Shown: positions 20,175 to 28,179 of the stretch, one piece after another
Layout of the letters: the number at the start of each line of letters is the position of its first letter
Position numbering within the stretch: the first letter of the stretch is position 1
DNA from: Bdellovibrionota bacterium
GTDB taxonomy: Bacteria > Bdellovibrionota_C > UBA2361 > OMII01
Reading direction: 5' to 3'
Assembly (NCBI GenBank): GCA_044345405.1
Contig: JBIJBE010000025.1
Span: 1-48,551 of the forward strand
DNA length: 48,551 bases
Translations under genes and position numbers: made by a program
The notes under the pieces: generated by a model
Databases searched by the model: none
The model's input: the letters and a program-made list of their open reading frames with translations, nothing else
What the model was told of the DNA's origin: nothing

Positions 20175-20594
20175 ATGAAAACAAAACGTTCACGACGTAT
20201 CGTAGCGAGCGTTGTAGCCGCGGTGCTCTTCGCGTCAACGACTCCGGGAGCTGTTCACCGCATCACGCATTTCTCCTTCGTCAAGGAAGCGCAGGCGCAG
20301 GCGCAGATGGGACAGGGAATCATGCAGAACATCATGCCGATTATGATGCTCATGATGCTCATGAACATGATGCAGCAAAACAAAGGAAACCAGTTACAAC
20401 GTGAGCAAGGCAACGCGGCCAAAAACGCCAACAAGAACCTTATGCAGGCGGATACAAAATCGAATGGCCAGGGAACCCAACCGGGGTCCTTCAATCCCTT
20501 TCCGAATCCGCTTACAAATCCATCAACCAATCCGGGAGCCAATCCAGGAACCAATCCAAGCACGAACCCGCTCGGAGTATTCGGGCCACGATAA
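20175..20594 (+). CDS. Secreted Met/Gln/Asn-rich protein with NPxx repeats (module 2, gene A)
   Basis: Signal peptide, IMQNIMPIMMLMMLMNMMQQN, seven NPxx tetrapeptides. Confidence 0.8.
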   Translation: MKTKRSRRIVASVVAAVLFASTTPGAVHRITHFSFVKEAQAQAQMGQGIMQNIMPIMMLMMLMNMMQQNKGNQLQREQGNAAKNANKNLMQADTKSNGQGTQPGSFNPFPNPLTNPSTNPGANPGTNPSTNPLGVFGPR

Positions 20595-20604
20595 AGGGAC
20601 CCCT

Positions 20605-20982
20605 ATGAATCGAGTATATCAAGCCCTTCTCCTGCTCGTAGCAACGGTAAGCATAGCGAGCCAGGCCTCAGCATTCGATAAGGCGGTGGTCGAGCAGTTC
20701 AGTAGTCAGGTGTCGGACCTCGTGTGCTCTGACGGCGGGGAATGGCTTACTTGCTACGGCGAGCAGGCCTCGAACTGTAAGACGATCGCGGACTCCCTCG
20801 TGAGCCCATGCGCCAACGAGATCTTCCTACCAATTAAGGACCAGCTCTCGTACGACCAAGGGATGCAGGCGGCAAACCGCTTGATGGGGTGCTTCAACGA
20901 ACGATTTGAGCAGTCGTACGGGTCGAAGAAACTCTCGACCCCTGAGTGCGCGGAGCCAGCGAAGCATCTTCGCGGCTCCTAG
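20605..20982 (+). CDS. Small secreted 6-Cys protein (module 2, gene B)
   Basis: Start MNRVYQ at 20605; signal peptide ASA/F; C-x8-C-x7-C-x10-C-x26-C-x18-C. Confidence 0.85.
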   Translation: MNRVYQALLLLVATVSIASQASAFDKAVVEQFSSQVSDLVCSDGGEWLTCYGEQASNCKTIADSLVSPCANEIFLPIKDQLSYDQGMQAANRLMGCFNERFEQSYGSKKLSTPECAEPAKHLRGS

Positions 20983-21167
20983 CAGGGTGGTGAAAAAGGA
21001 TTTCCTGTTGCGCCTTTCGCTCGTTTGACTACAACTTCGTTGAAGCCCACGAAAAAATCCTCAGCGTATCTCAGAGGATACGCCTCCGGCTTTTTCGCGG
21101 TCTCCGCCTCGTTTCGTCTGAACGATCAAAATGCTCACGACGGAACCATTTTTCACCACCCCGCTAG
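20979..21167. mobile_element. MITE-like element bounded by CTAG with terminal inverted repeats
   Basis: Left CTAGCAGGGTGGTGAAAAA versus right TTTTTCACCACCCCGCTAG (18/19 match); internal self-complementarity including a GCGTATC...GATACGC hairpin; no ORF. Confidence 0.75.
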
Positions 21168-21267
21168 CAAAAATCCGCTTTGCTTGACGCGAAATACGTA
21201 AGCGGTGATATATCGCTGGAGGGGAGCGTATCGCCGATCTATACTGAGCAGTGGGGGACATACCTGT

Positions 21268-22107
21268 ATGGGAACTCGACCTTTTCGGACGGTAACACGC
21301 GTTGTCGGTATCACAAGATTTCTTAGCGGCGGATTTCTTATCGGAGGAATCACTTGTGCAGCGCTCACGGCAGATGCACAGAACCTACCAGGACAGCCAC
21401 CCCTCGGTGTTTTTCGGGAGGCGAATAAACCGCAAGGGAGTGGAGCACCTCAACAATCTCAGCCAAACTCCCAACCGAAATCTCCACCTCGAGCAGCTCA
21501 ACCTATCGAAGCTCCCTTGGGCAATCCTCAATGGCAGCCCAAAAACCCCGCTTCAGGAGCGCCTCAGGGTAACACCGCTCCGTCCGCCCCTGGACCGTCC
21601 ATACCCGACTCCTCCTTGCCTGCACCACGCAATCCAGGGAGAGCAAACGGCAGCACGACCGGCGAATGGGGTGCGAACGTCCCTCCATCAAACGATTTTA
21701 AGCCACCCGTGCGGGGCGGTGGAGTGTTCGGTGTCCACATGATTCCTGAGCCTCCCGTACAGGAACCTCCCTCCGATGGAGGAGGCGGGCTTGGCTCGAT
21801 CGGAGGCATCATTCCGGGATTCGCCTCCAGTAACGGTTTTGGCGGAAGCAGTGGACTACTTGGAGGCGGCGGACTCGGAGGAGCCGCGGGAGGCCTCGGT
21901 GGAGGTGGACTCGGCGGCGGAGCGCTCGGTGGAGCGCTCCTCGGAGGTGGAATCCAAGGACTCTTCTCGGGCCTCAATCCGAGCTCCATCATGCAAATAG
22001 CCGTCGGCGCTGGGATGTTGTTGTCTCAAATGAATCAACAACAAGGTCAGGGTGACACCTCTCAAAACCGTCCAACCCCTACCCCATCACCAACCATACG
22101 ACCGTAA
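21268..22107 (+). CDS. Secreted Pro/Gly-rich protein with Gly-zipper and hydrophobic helix (module 3, gene A)
   Basis: Signal peptide ending ADA/Q, Pro-rich linker, GGGGLGG repeats, IMQIAVGAGMLLSQMNQQQGQG, PTPTP tail. Confidence 0.8.
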   Translation: MGTRPFRTVTRVVGITRFLSGGFLIGGITCAALTADAQNLPGQPPLGVFREANKPQGSGAPQQSQPNSQPKSPPRAAQPIEAPLGNPQWQPKNPASGAPQGNTAPSAPGPSIPDSSLPAPRNPGRANGSTTGEWGANVPPSNDFKPPVRGGGVFGVHMIPEPPVQEPPSDGGGGLGSIGGIIPGFASSNGFGGSSGLLGGGGLGGAAGGLGGGGLGGGALGGALLGGGIQGLFSGLNPSSIMQIAVGAGMLLSQMNQQQGQGDTSQNRPTPTPSPTIRP

Positions 22108-22129
22108 TCATTAACGCAGGCGTACGATT

Positions 22130-22477
22130 ATGAGGCGCACTATGAAAACACTCCTCCAAGGGTCTCTGATATTGATGGCGTGTGTGTTTTTCACGACGCG
22201 CGGAGCGACGGCGAACGACGCAATCATCGCTGAGTTCGGCGCCAAGGTGGCCCAAGCGATGTGCGCAGATGGAGGCGCGTGGCTCGACGCGTATAAGACT
22301 CCGCGCGAGCAGTGCCCACAGATCAGCCAGTCAGTGCTCGGTCCGTGCATGACGAAAGTTATTGGCGGTCGTTCCGTTCCACTGAAGAGCGAGGCGGAGC
22401 TTCTACAGCTCTCTGAGAACCTCTACGCGTGCATGAAGGACTCATTTTTGGCGCGGTACGGGAGTAACGCGAAGTAA
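22130..22477 (+). CDS. Small secreted 4-Cys paralog (module 3, gene B)
   Basis: Signal peptide; DAIIAEF..KVAQAMCADGGAWL aligns with the other B genes; lacks Cys2 and Cys6. Confidence 0.85.
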   Translation: MRRTMKTLLQGSLILMACVFFTTRGATANDAIIAEFGAKVAQAMCADGGAWLDAYKTPREQCPQISQSVLGPCMTKVIGGRSVPLKSEAELLQLSENLYACMKDSFLARYGSNAK

Positions 22478-22756
22478 GACGGAGAGCTTCGACCACAATC
22501 CCCACCACAAGGGTCGCGTGGTAGGCTTTCGTGCTCAGGACTTGCTCTCCCTGCGTGTGCATCGCTATACGGGCGGGCGGTCATCTCCTCCATCGTAGCG
22601 TAGCGAAGTGGGATCCTGACCGCCGCGTTGCGCCAGGCGAAAGTTGTACAAGGTCCGCAACCTTTCGGCGAGCAGGAATGCTCGCCCTCCCGAGGCGCCA
22701 GGCGATACCCAAGAGGTCGAGATTCCCAACGCCAGGAGATAGCGTCACCTGCCCCC

Positions 22757-23557
22757 CTACCGCCGCTGCGGTCTTGTAGGCGCCTTCCCGTGGTATTTCT
22801 CCGGATTCAGCTTCTCCTCAACGAACGGGTGCAACACCCCTTTTCCGGAGGGATTGGAGGTGTAGTTTTTCAGCGCATTCACACCGGTATCGATATACTC
22901 AGCTTTGCCGGTCATCCGCATGCGATACGGAACACACGGCACGCGATAGATACTCATGCGCACCATCGTGGCGCTACTCTCGCTTGGGCCATACGGGATA
23001 AGATCGACCTTAGGGCCGTACACCTCACTACTATCGATCGGTACAAGATCCTCACGGACAAAGAGGCGATCAACGTAGGTAACTGAGTCATTACCTTTCG
23101 GATCGTATTCGACACGCTTCGTTTCGTTCTTGGCGCAGGAGCTCGGGCGCTCGTACGGCTCGGGGGACCACACCGGAGGTGGCGTTGGCGCTGCTTGCGA
23201 GCCAGCGGGCTCAGTCGGCTTAGGCTTCAACACAACCTGCGCGGGATTCGGGAAGGGAACACCTTCATGCCCCTTGGTATGAGAGATCGGATGCTCAAGG
23301 TCTTGAACGAAACTCTTCGTATCCCACTCTAACTCCTCTGTAATCCGCGATGCCCGGGCCACCTCTTCTCGATACGACGCAAGGATCCTTTCCACCTCTT
23401 CCTCCGAGATACGCGCACCACTCCTTCGCGCGGTCTCTATCGCCTTACGGATATCACCTTCCGTCACTTGAGCCACGGCGATGGTAGCCTTCAAAGCCGC
23501 GCACGCGGCGATACCACAAAGCAGGATAAGCCGTGATATTCGAGCTACGCGTCGCAT
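22757..23557 (-). CDS. Secreted protein, TraW-like C-terminal domain (tentative)
   Basis: Signal peptide; RMSIYRVPCVPYRMRMTGKAEYI resembles the TraW tail (GI.xVPAxV..G..L.I); translationally coupled to TrbC/TraU-like genes. Confidence 0.5.
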   Translation of the reverse strand: MRRVARISRLILLCGIAACAALKATIAVAQVTEGDIRKAIETARRSGARISEEEVERILASYREEVARASRITEELEWDTKSFVQDLEHPISHTKGHEGVPFPNPAQVVLKPKPTEPAGSQAAPTPPPVWSPEPYERPSSCAKNETKRVEYDPKGNDSVTYVDRLFVREDLVPIDSSEVYGPKVDLIPYGPSESSATMVRMSIYRVPCVPYRMRMTGKAEYIDTGVNALKNYTSNPSGKGVLHPFVEEKLNPEKYHGKAPTRPQRR

Positions 23558-23560
23558 GAT

Positions 23561-24175
23561 TTAAAATCCCTCCACGGATGTCTTAGGATTTTGATCATGG
23601 GATTCCTTGGTAGTGTATTCCCCGAACTCGTTAAAGAACGAGTGAATCGCGACGGTTCCTTCAGCGATATGAGTTCCCTGTTTGGTTTGAATAATCCATG
23701 CCGGGGATACACTAACCTGCGCGCCGGAGGGTGGTTGAGTGGCGGCCAGCAGCTTGATCTGTCGCTTCGCGAGTTCGCTCTCCATCTCTGCGCTTAGATT
23801 CCGATAATCACCGATGTGACTCACCGAGGTAATAAAAGCGATTCGCTCGTCATGCAAGGCGAGCACCTCCTCAAGCACCTTCGTAAGATGCTCTTTGTCA
23901 CCTGAGCTAACGTAGACCGATACAACGATGCTTCTCTTTTTGGGGGACGGTGTGGCTTTGCGCTCACCCCCATGAGCGGGAGTTTCCTTTGCCGGAGTGC
24001 CCCTTACCTTCTTCGGAGCGGCTTCCTTTGGCGGTTGAAGGTCCTCGCGTCCCTCAGCTCCAGGCGCGACGGCGTAATCTTTCTTGTAGAAGCTCTTGGG
24101 GGAATTATCTTGCGCGGATAGGGAGGCCGAGTAAAAGCTCACAACCACGAAGGCGCACATCCACCGTAGCATCAT
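23561..24175 (-). CDS. Secreted TrbC-like (F-type pilin assembly, thioredoxin-like fold) protein (tentative)
   Basis: Signal peptide; VSVYVSS followed by a helix, then VSVSPAWII...EGTVAI as in TrbC (xxVPAxV...GxVSL). Confidence 0.5.
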   Translation of the reverse strand: MMLRWMCAFVVVSFYSASLSAQDNSPKSFYKKDYAVAPGAEGREDLQPPKEAAPKKVRGTPAKETPAHGGERKATPSPKKRSIVVSVYVSSGDKEHLTKVLEEVLALHDERIAFITSVSHIGDYRNLSAEMESELAKRQIKLLAATQPPSGAQVSVSPAWIIQTKQGTHIAEGTVAIHSFFNEFGEYTTKESHDQNPKTSVEGF

Positions 24176-26226
24176 CGGGTGCCTTGTCTCGGGGACGGAC
24201 TTCCACCGAAGTTCTCCTCTCGGCAGTACCGATTCACATTCTCAATAAGAGCTAAGTTATGACCATCAGCCGGTTGTGGTCGCCATCGCTTGAAACCTTT
24301 TGGGCAGGTCGCGAAGATCCTGAATGGCGCAGCATAGTTTTGAGACTCTTTGTCCAATCCTCGGGCGGCGATCTTGGATCCCGACTCCGGATCTTTGCCC
24401 CACTCCTCGCGATACCGATTAATGCCCCCCTTTGAATCCTCCGCCTCGATTATCTCTTGATCAAATGCCTTGTTGGTCTTGTCACTAATAAACAGCCGAT
24501 CCGATTTGGAGCCCGCGAAACGAAGGTTTTCGCCCGACACCGAGGGGCATGACTCTCCTAACTCGTTCGTACCACCACCTTGGAACTGGGTTCCGATGAA
24601 GGTCTGCAGATCAGGAGGCATCATTCGAGAGTACGGTTGTGGCTCAAACCGCTTGTAGAAGGACCTTTGGCCCGCCGTCATTCCTGGGGCGAGCCCGCCA
24701 GCGATGAGGAATCCAAGTGCGTGATCGGTGATAGCGGTGCGACGTTCAACGGCGGCATGCCGATACAGCTCGACGGGAACCATACTACCATTAAGCTTGC
24801 CCCCTTCGAGGCAGGTATACCCAACCGAGGCTTGCGTTTGAAAACCCCCAGGGCTTTGCAACGCCGCGCGTCCTAACCCGGTGATGAACATATTGACGTT
24901 CGTGAGGTTCATCTTCTGGCAATACATCTTATCAACATTCCAAGCCTGCATTCCAAGACGGAAGTCTGTGGGGGTGCCGTCAATATTTCTCATGGCGCTG
25001 TTCTCCGGCTTCGTCATCAGCTCTACCCCTTGAGGACAGTAATTTGCCCACACCGGAATGTTATCGAGGCTGTTCAGGTCTGGTCCTCCCCCCAATTGAA
25101 GGAGATCATCCGCTGGGTCCATCAACTTATCAAACTGCTCGGGACGCATGCAGAATCGCTCGGCGGTCTTTCGCCTCTGCTCGGGGTCCATCGCGGCTAG
25201 GTTGACCCGCAAGGTAAGCCCCTCACTCTGAAGACTATCGGTGAATCGAAGCTTCTGATCTTTCGGACGAACGGAACGGATTGAGTCCTGGACCGTCTTT
25301 TGAATGTTACCCGAAGGCGCACCGCCCGCCGCTTGAAGGTTGCGATTAATCGCGCCGGTCACCCAGCCCTGAGCGTCCCCCATTAACTTATCGGAGTCAG
25401 AGAGGCATTGTTGAACCTTCCCTTGATCCACGATCATGGAGGTGGTTCGGTCGTTTTCCCACCCAAGGGCGAGGGTCGGATAGTAGTATTCCCATAACCC
25501 CGCCCATCCATCTCCGTCAGGGTGCATCGCCGCGATGTATTCAGAGGAGGCGTTCTCCTCTATTCCTTGCTGCACGCAACACATCTTAAAGTTAGAGGTT
25601 TGCGTTAATGCTTGGTATTTCGTCGTAGCTCTTGAGAAGCAACTCGCAACAGGTCTGTGGCTATTTGGACCTCCCCCTGTTCCGGTCTCATCCTCGTGCC
25701 ATGTGCAAACCGGCCCAAGTCCCCAGAAATTATTAACGGTAAGTGGACAAGCCGCTTCAACCGGGGGATTAAAGGGATTCATGCAGTAGACGATCATATA
25801 ATCCATGGGCGCCGTCCGTCCCCGAATCCCCGCCTCAAGGTCTCGATTCTCCTGCGTTCCAGAGATATCTCTCAGATGAGGGCTGTACCATTTGTCCGCC
25901 TTCCCATCTCCCGAGCCCTGTATCAGGATCTTTTGAAAGAGCTCCTTCATGTTCTGCTTGGCCGCTTCCATGCTGCCAACTTTCTTGGCCCCGCGGTACT
26001 CGTTAGGTCGCTCTTGGATAAGTCTCTTCGAGGCTGCGTCTCCGTCGGGATTTTGGGCCACGACGATGCGCGTTTGGAGCGCGGTTAGTGGTAATGCGCA
26101 AAGGAAAGCGACCCTGAGCGCATGGCGCGAGATGAAGCGATACGCCGCTCGCGAGTCACCATAGGTGATTTTTTTGTGCGCTGCAGTTAGGGCCCCCACT
26201 CTTTCCTCCGAGAATGTAGTCGGCAT
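24172..26226 (-). CDS. Large secreted Cys-rich protein, TraU-like (tentative)
   Basis: Signal peptide, many Cys, WEYYYPTLALGWE resembles TraU xYWEPxxxxE, terminal NYAAPFRIFATC resembles TraU NYAWxLWRxYxCC. Confidence 0.5.
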   Translation of the reverse strand: MPTTFSEERVGALTAAHKKITYGDSRAAYRFISRHALRVAFLCALPLTALQTRIVVAQNPDGDAASKRLIQERPNEYRGAKKVGSMEAAKQNMKELFQKILIQGSGDGKADKWYSPHLRDISGTQENRDLEAGIRGRTAPMDYMIVYCMNPFNPPVEAACPLTVNNFWGLGPVCTWHEDETGTGGGPNSHRPVASCFSRATTKYQALTQTSNFKMCCVQQGIEENASSEYIAAMHPDGDGWAGLWEYYYPTLALGWENDRTTSMIVDQGKVQQCLSDSDKLMGDAQGWVTGAINRNLQAAGGAPSGNIQKTVQDSIRSVRPKDQKLRFTDSLQSEGLTLRVNLAAMDPEQRRKTAERFCMRPEQFDKLMDPADDLLQLGGGPDLNSLDNIPVWANYCPQGVELMTKPENSAMRNIDGTPTDFRLGMQAWNVDKMYCQKMNLTNVNMFITGLGRAALQSPGGFQTQASVGYTCLEGGKLNGSMVPVELYRHAAVERRTAITDHALGFLIAGGLAPGMTAGQRSFYKRFEPQPYSRMMPPDLQTFIGTQFQGGGTNELGESCPSVSGENLRFAGSKSDRLFISDKTNKAFDQEIIEAEDSKGGINRYREEWGKDPESGSKIAARGLDKESQNYAAPFRIFATCPKGFKRWRPQPADGHNLALIENVNRYCREENFGGSPSPRQGTR

Positions 26227-26439
26227 TTACAAGATCCACTTAACGATCTGGGACCGTACACACCCTCTCTCCCCGTTATGCGAGGATCTCGTAGAAGTGT
26301 GCGCAGTCATCGGTATAGTAGCTACCCCTCAAAGGTTCTGAAAGAAGGAACAGAGCGCCTTATCATCTCTCTCTGCGAGGGCGAACGCTCATCTGCCCGC
26401 AAACGAGGTTCGAGAAACAACACGTGCTGCTCACCCGTA

Positions 26440-26910
26440 TTAGTATCCCAACTCTCCGCTCTTGTCGTTCTTCGTGCCCGGAGGATTAAGGAGCTCCATC
26501 TGGCTCTCGAGGTGAGGGGGAAGCGGCTGCAAAGGAAACGCTTCCTTAGCGACCGCATAACACTCGTCGGTGAGCTTCATCTTTCGTGAATACTTCTTGT
26601 TGAACTCGAACCAAAAGCAGGAGTGGAAGGCGGCTGCCGGTTGCTTGAGGGATCCCTTCGCTTTCTCAGTCTTTTCGTAACACGTGTCGACGAACGGACG
26701 GATCGTTGCTTCACACTCCGACGCTTCAAGATCAATACAGGTGGCGAGCTTGCCGTCCTGTCCGCAGAACGACCTCACGACAGCGCTCTTGTTCTCCTCC
26801 AGCGTACCCTCTTCCTCCTGAGCCTCCGCGAACCGGGCTCCCACTGATACCACGCACACACAGGTGACGATGCCGCTGAATACTAATCTGTAGAGTCTCT
26901 CCGCTTTCAT
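26440..26910 (-). CDS. Small secreted 6-Cys protein (module 4, gene B)
   Basis: Start MKAERL; signal peptide AEA/Q; C-x8-C-x7-C-x10-C-x20-C-x18-C. Confidence 0.85.
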   Translation of the reverse strand: MKAERLYRLVFSGIVTCVCVVSVGARFAEAQEEEGTLEENKSAVVRSFCGQDGKLATCIDLEASECEATIRPFVDTCYEKTEKAKGSLKQPAAAFHSCFWFEFNKKYSRKMKLTDECYAVAKEAFPLQPLPPHLESQMELLNPPGTKNDKSGELGY

Positions 26911-26947
26911 ACCTTTCCTATCCCTTTGCTCCTCATTCAGCTGTAGC

Positions 26948-27958
26948 TTAGAACATCCCATCTCGTTTTAATTCCCACTCAGCGGTTCTCGATCTCTCGC
27001 CCACCTCCGGCTCCTCATCAGGAACCTCACTTTCAGGACGATATGTCGAATCGGCGTTCACTTCAGGTGAAGCTCCCCCCTGCGAAGACACGATAGCCGC
27101 GTCGGAGATCACCGTCGAGGACTTTGATGAGGAACTCTTTGTATCCGTAGTGCGCGTCGGCACAGGAGTCGGGGTAAACGTTGACGTTGGCGTCGGAATG
27201 ACCACCTCACTCGACGCAGGCTGTCCGTCTACCGAAGATTGCGGGCCATTCTGATTCTGATTTCCGTTCAGCAGCTGCATGATAGCCATCATCATCATCA
27301 TGTCCTGCATCGAACCGCCACCGCCAAAGAGACCTCCGCCTGGGTTTAGCGCGGAGCTCGATGCACCGTTGGTCGGACACCCGTCCTTAGCGTACTGCGG
27401 ATCGATAGACTCTCCAGCGTCAGGAAATGCCGTACCAATACGAGTATCCCCTCTATTGGCGATGAATATACCGGAACTTTGGGGAGTGAAATCACATTCG
27501 AACTGCTGCCCATTGTTACCCTTGTACATCGTGGTGGCGTGCCATGCGGATTGCGACCGCATTCCTAAAAGTTTGCCGTGCTGCTCGGTACACTCATCAT
27601 TAAACATGCACGCCATGTGCGCGTTTCCGGTCGAGCAATCGTTAAACCCCACCTGGTAAGATCGTTCCATCACATCAGGGACCCCATTTCCATTAGTGTT
27701 GGCATACCCCCTTCTGAGAGCGTTTTTGTAAGCGATACGACGAACGTCGTCACAGTTTTGAGGAGGCTTTGAGGTCTCAGGCGGACACTCATTCTTCTCA
27801 TTGTGGTCCCCATCTCCCTTAGAGGACTTCTGCGCGAGACCAGTTGACGCGACAACCAGATTCAAAGCCACGACGAATGCGAACAGAACGTTCACGCGAA
27901 ATCGCGTAGAGCGGCGCGCAGCACGGACGTTGTCCGAAAGATGTACTCCCAAAAGCAT
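26948..27958 (-). CDS. Secreted protein with Cys-containing N-domain and Gly/Met-rich helix (module 4, gene A)
   Basis: Signal peptide GLA/Q, Cys-rich globular region with NTNGNGVPD loop, GGGLFGGGGSMQDMMMMMAIMQLLNGNQNQN, PTPT tail. Confidence 0.8.
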   Translation of the reverse strand: MLLGVHLSDNVRAARRSTRFRVNVLFAFVVALNLVVASTGLAQKSSKGDGDHNEKNECPPETSKPPQNCDDVRRIAYKNALRRGYANTNGNGVPDVMERSYQVGFNDCSTGNAHMACMFNDECTEQHGKLLGMRSQSAWHATTMYKGNNGQQFECDFTPQSSGIFIANRGDTRIGTAFPDAGESIDPQYAKDGCPTNGASSSALNPGGGLFGGGGSMQDMMMMMAIMQLLNGNQNQNGPQSSVDGQPASSEVVIPTPTSTFTPTPVPTRTTDTKSSSSKSSTVISDAAIVSSQGGASPEVNADSTYRPESEVPDEEPEVGERSRTAEWELKRDGMF

Positions 27959-28179
27959 GTGACTATTCCCCCTAGTCATTACCCAAACTGTCATTGTCAC
28001 GCTCGATACAAGCGGAGGGCGATAAGAGATCCCTCTATACATGAAGTTATGCCCTAAGATGTGGAGAGTGTGACTTATCAGAGGGTCTCGTAGAGACGTA
28101 TCACCAACGACTCGCAAACCACTGCAATCACTCACTAAAACGAAAACTGCACAGTGACTTCTGTGCCGATATCCTAGTT

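Noticed and set aside
20401-20604. Upstream extension of the module-2 B ORF
   Set aside because: Overlaps 20175-20594; signal peptide and paralog alignment support ATG 20605
19125-27958. Prophage, T6SS or RiPP cluster explanation for the array
   Set aside because: No phage structural, VgrG/PAAR/Hcp, RiPP-modifying or peptidase-ABC exporter genes; all products have Sec-type signal peptides
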